A stretch of DNA of 26,940 nt from a virus. Taxonomy: Duplodnaviria; Caudoviricetes. How positions within the stretch are numbered: position 1 is the first letter of the stretch; each line of letters begins with the position of its first letter. The notes under the pieces are model-generated. The model worked only from the letters and a program-made list of their open reading frames with translations, ran no database searches and had not been told where the DNA came from. The stretch covers positions 1-26,940 of the IMG/VR virus record IMGVR_UViG_3300025138_000281, one strand, 5' to 3'. The translations under genes and the position numbers were made by a program. Positions 25,627 through 26,940 of the stretch are shown in pieces.

Positions 25627-25862
25627 TGGCTAAGTGGAAAGAAATCCCGCTGCGTAAACAAAAGTTCGATAACTTCGCCGCACTCGCCGCACTCCAAGAA
25701 ACTCGGCAAAAAGAATGTAGCCAATGTAGCGGTGAAGGTAAGGTCGAAACCGACGTACCGCGGTCCGCGAACTTCGGACGGGACATAGGCGAGTTGTATG
25801 TCGAATGGCTGGCCTGCGAAGAGTGCAACGGGTCAGGAAAAATTAACTTGGAAGATGAGTGA
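25626..25862 (+). CDS. Small protein with DnaJ-type CxxCxGxG zinc-finger motifs
   Basis: CSQCSGEG and CEECNGSG. GAGAGGG RBS, ATG at 25626. Confidence 0.75.
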   Translation: MAKWKEIPLRKQKFDNFAALAALQETRQKECSQCSGEGKVETDVPRSANFGRDIGELYVEWLACEECNGSGKINLEDE

Positions 25863-26758
25863 TGGGTAACGTTGTTGAGTATGCAAAACAAGTAACGCAA
25901 AATTACTCCAATCATTGGAGTGTAAAAAAACCGTGGGCATTTGAAAAGGAAGAGCTAAAAGTAACTCCTAAAGAAATTGCCAACAAAATGGTGCAACATT
26001 GTCAGTTCTTTGATGTATCAGAAATTTATAAACACGCTTTTGAAATAACAGGGAAAATTTATCCAGACAAAAATGTTCCGCCCAGCACAGACGCAATTCT
26101 TCCAGCGCCCTACACGGCTTTGTATATAGATTACAATTCTTTTGACGACGTTGAAGGAAAAGAAGAAATAATTGTGTATTTGTCTCCAACTAATCAAACG
26201 CTAGGGTCTAAAAACTTTTCTATTATAACAATAAAAAACCCCGAAACAGAAGCGCCTCGTTTACTTGGAGAAATTAAAACAAAGTTGGTTAATGGGAAAG
26301 AAGTAAAATCGTTTTGTCTAGCTTCAACAGCGCTTGCAGAAAGTAAGAAAAACCCACGTTTAGCCTACGCAGACAGCCTCTGGATTAGACAAGTATCAAC
26401 TTTGTTGCATTTGATTAACAAACCAAGAAAAGTAAAAATCAATCCGCTGGCTCAAACCAGACAAGCCAAACGCCAAATAGCCAGAGGCATGGGTTTTGCT
26501 GTTGACGCTTGGCACAGAGTGTCGTGGGACATAGACAAGCCCGTAGTTGCAAAAGAACCGTATGATAAGAAATTTCATAACATGCCTCTGCATTTTAACA
26601 GGGGTCATTGGAAGAAAGCTTTAAAAAATCACCCCAAGTCAGTTCAGAGAGACGCGGAAAACGGGTGGTGGACTTGGGTAGAAGGATACTGGGCGGGCCA
26701 CCCTGCCTTTGGAATTAAAAAAACATATCATGTTCCAAAAAGAAGCACTAAACTTTAA
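25859..26758 (+). CDS. Phage protein of unknown function with basic C-terminal H-x-x-RGH-W...W...YW-x-G motif
   Basis: 299 aa. PLHFNRGHWKK...WTWVEGYWAGHP. Confidence 0.7.
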   Translation: MMGNVVEYAKQVTQNYSNHWSVKKPWAFEKEELKVTPKEIANKMVQHCQFFDVSEIYKHAFEITGKIYPDKNVPPSTDAILPAPYTALYIDYNSFDDVEGKEEIIVYLSPTNQTLGSKNFSIITIKNPETEAPRLLGEIKTKLVNGKEVKSFCLASTALAESKKNPRLAYADSLWIRQVSTLLHLINKPRKVKINPLAQTRQAKRQIARGMGFAVDAWHRVSWDIDKPVVAKEPYDKKFHNMPLHFNRGHWKKALKNHPKSVQRDAENGWWTWVEGYWAGHPAFGIKKTYHVPKRSTKL

Positions 26759-26779
26759 AAACACAGGAGGTGAAAAACC

Positions 26780-26940
26780 ATGGACGACGTAGAAAAGATG
26801 ATAAACAAAATTTTAGAAAGTTGTCCTAAAGAAATGTCCGCACCAACAATGTCTGCAATCATAGCAAACATCATCAACCTATATAACTTCTCGCACCTCT
26901 GGCCGCTCCTAGTCGCGCAAACAACTACAATGCTCGAAAT
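26780..26940 (+). CDS. Hypothetical protein, 3'-truncated by the window
   Basis: Perfect AGGAGGTGA RBS at 26765. MDDVEKMINKILESCPKE... stays open to the end of the window. Confidence 0.7.
   Translation, partial: MDDVEKMINKILESCPKEMSAPTMSAIIANIINLYNFSHLWPLLVAQTTTMLE

Noticed and set aside
25626-25862. DnaJ chaperone
   Set aside because: Only two CxxCxGxG motifs and no J-domain HPD motif.
1-26940. Stop-codon reassignment, or prophage/integration features
   Set aside because: Genes tile densely in the standard code using TAA, TGA and TAG stops. No integrase, att site or host gene seen.

Overview
About 27 kb of a tailed dsDNA phage genome in standard genetic code. It is most likely podovirus-like and marine, with an alphaproteobacterial host (inferred from gene content, not verified). 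1-15102: six co-oriented, low-complexity virion internal/ejection-type genes that share short linear motifs ([FYM]-x-x-G-G and others). The last of them is a polyprotein-like protein with a pre-toxin-like segment, an ADP-ribosyltransferase-like domain, a beta-strand-rich domain and a lambda-type lysozyme domain. 15083-23912: replication module with an inverted SNF2 helicase, overlapping divergent promoters, a conserved phage protein, a frameshifted SSB-like gene, AEP primase, HTH protein, UvrD helicase, Zn-ribbon protein, DUF6378-like protein and a family A DNA polymerase (Leu at the 762-equivalent position). 23913-24380: a compact control region with three sigma70-like promoters carrying TCCCATA boxes, an unannotated ribbon-helix-helix gene, two terminators and a candidate ~67-nt sRNA complementary to the leader/RBS of the next operon. 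24381-26940: small early/accessory genes. The interrupted palindrome CGCGGNCCGCG is scattered through the window far above chance. All counts were made by hand, and family assignments come from motif recognition rather than database searches.
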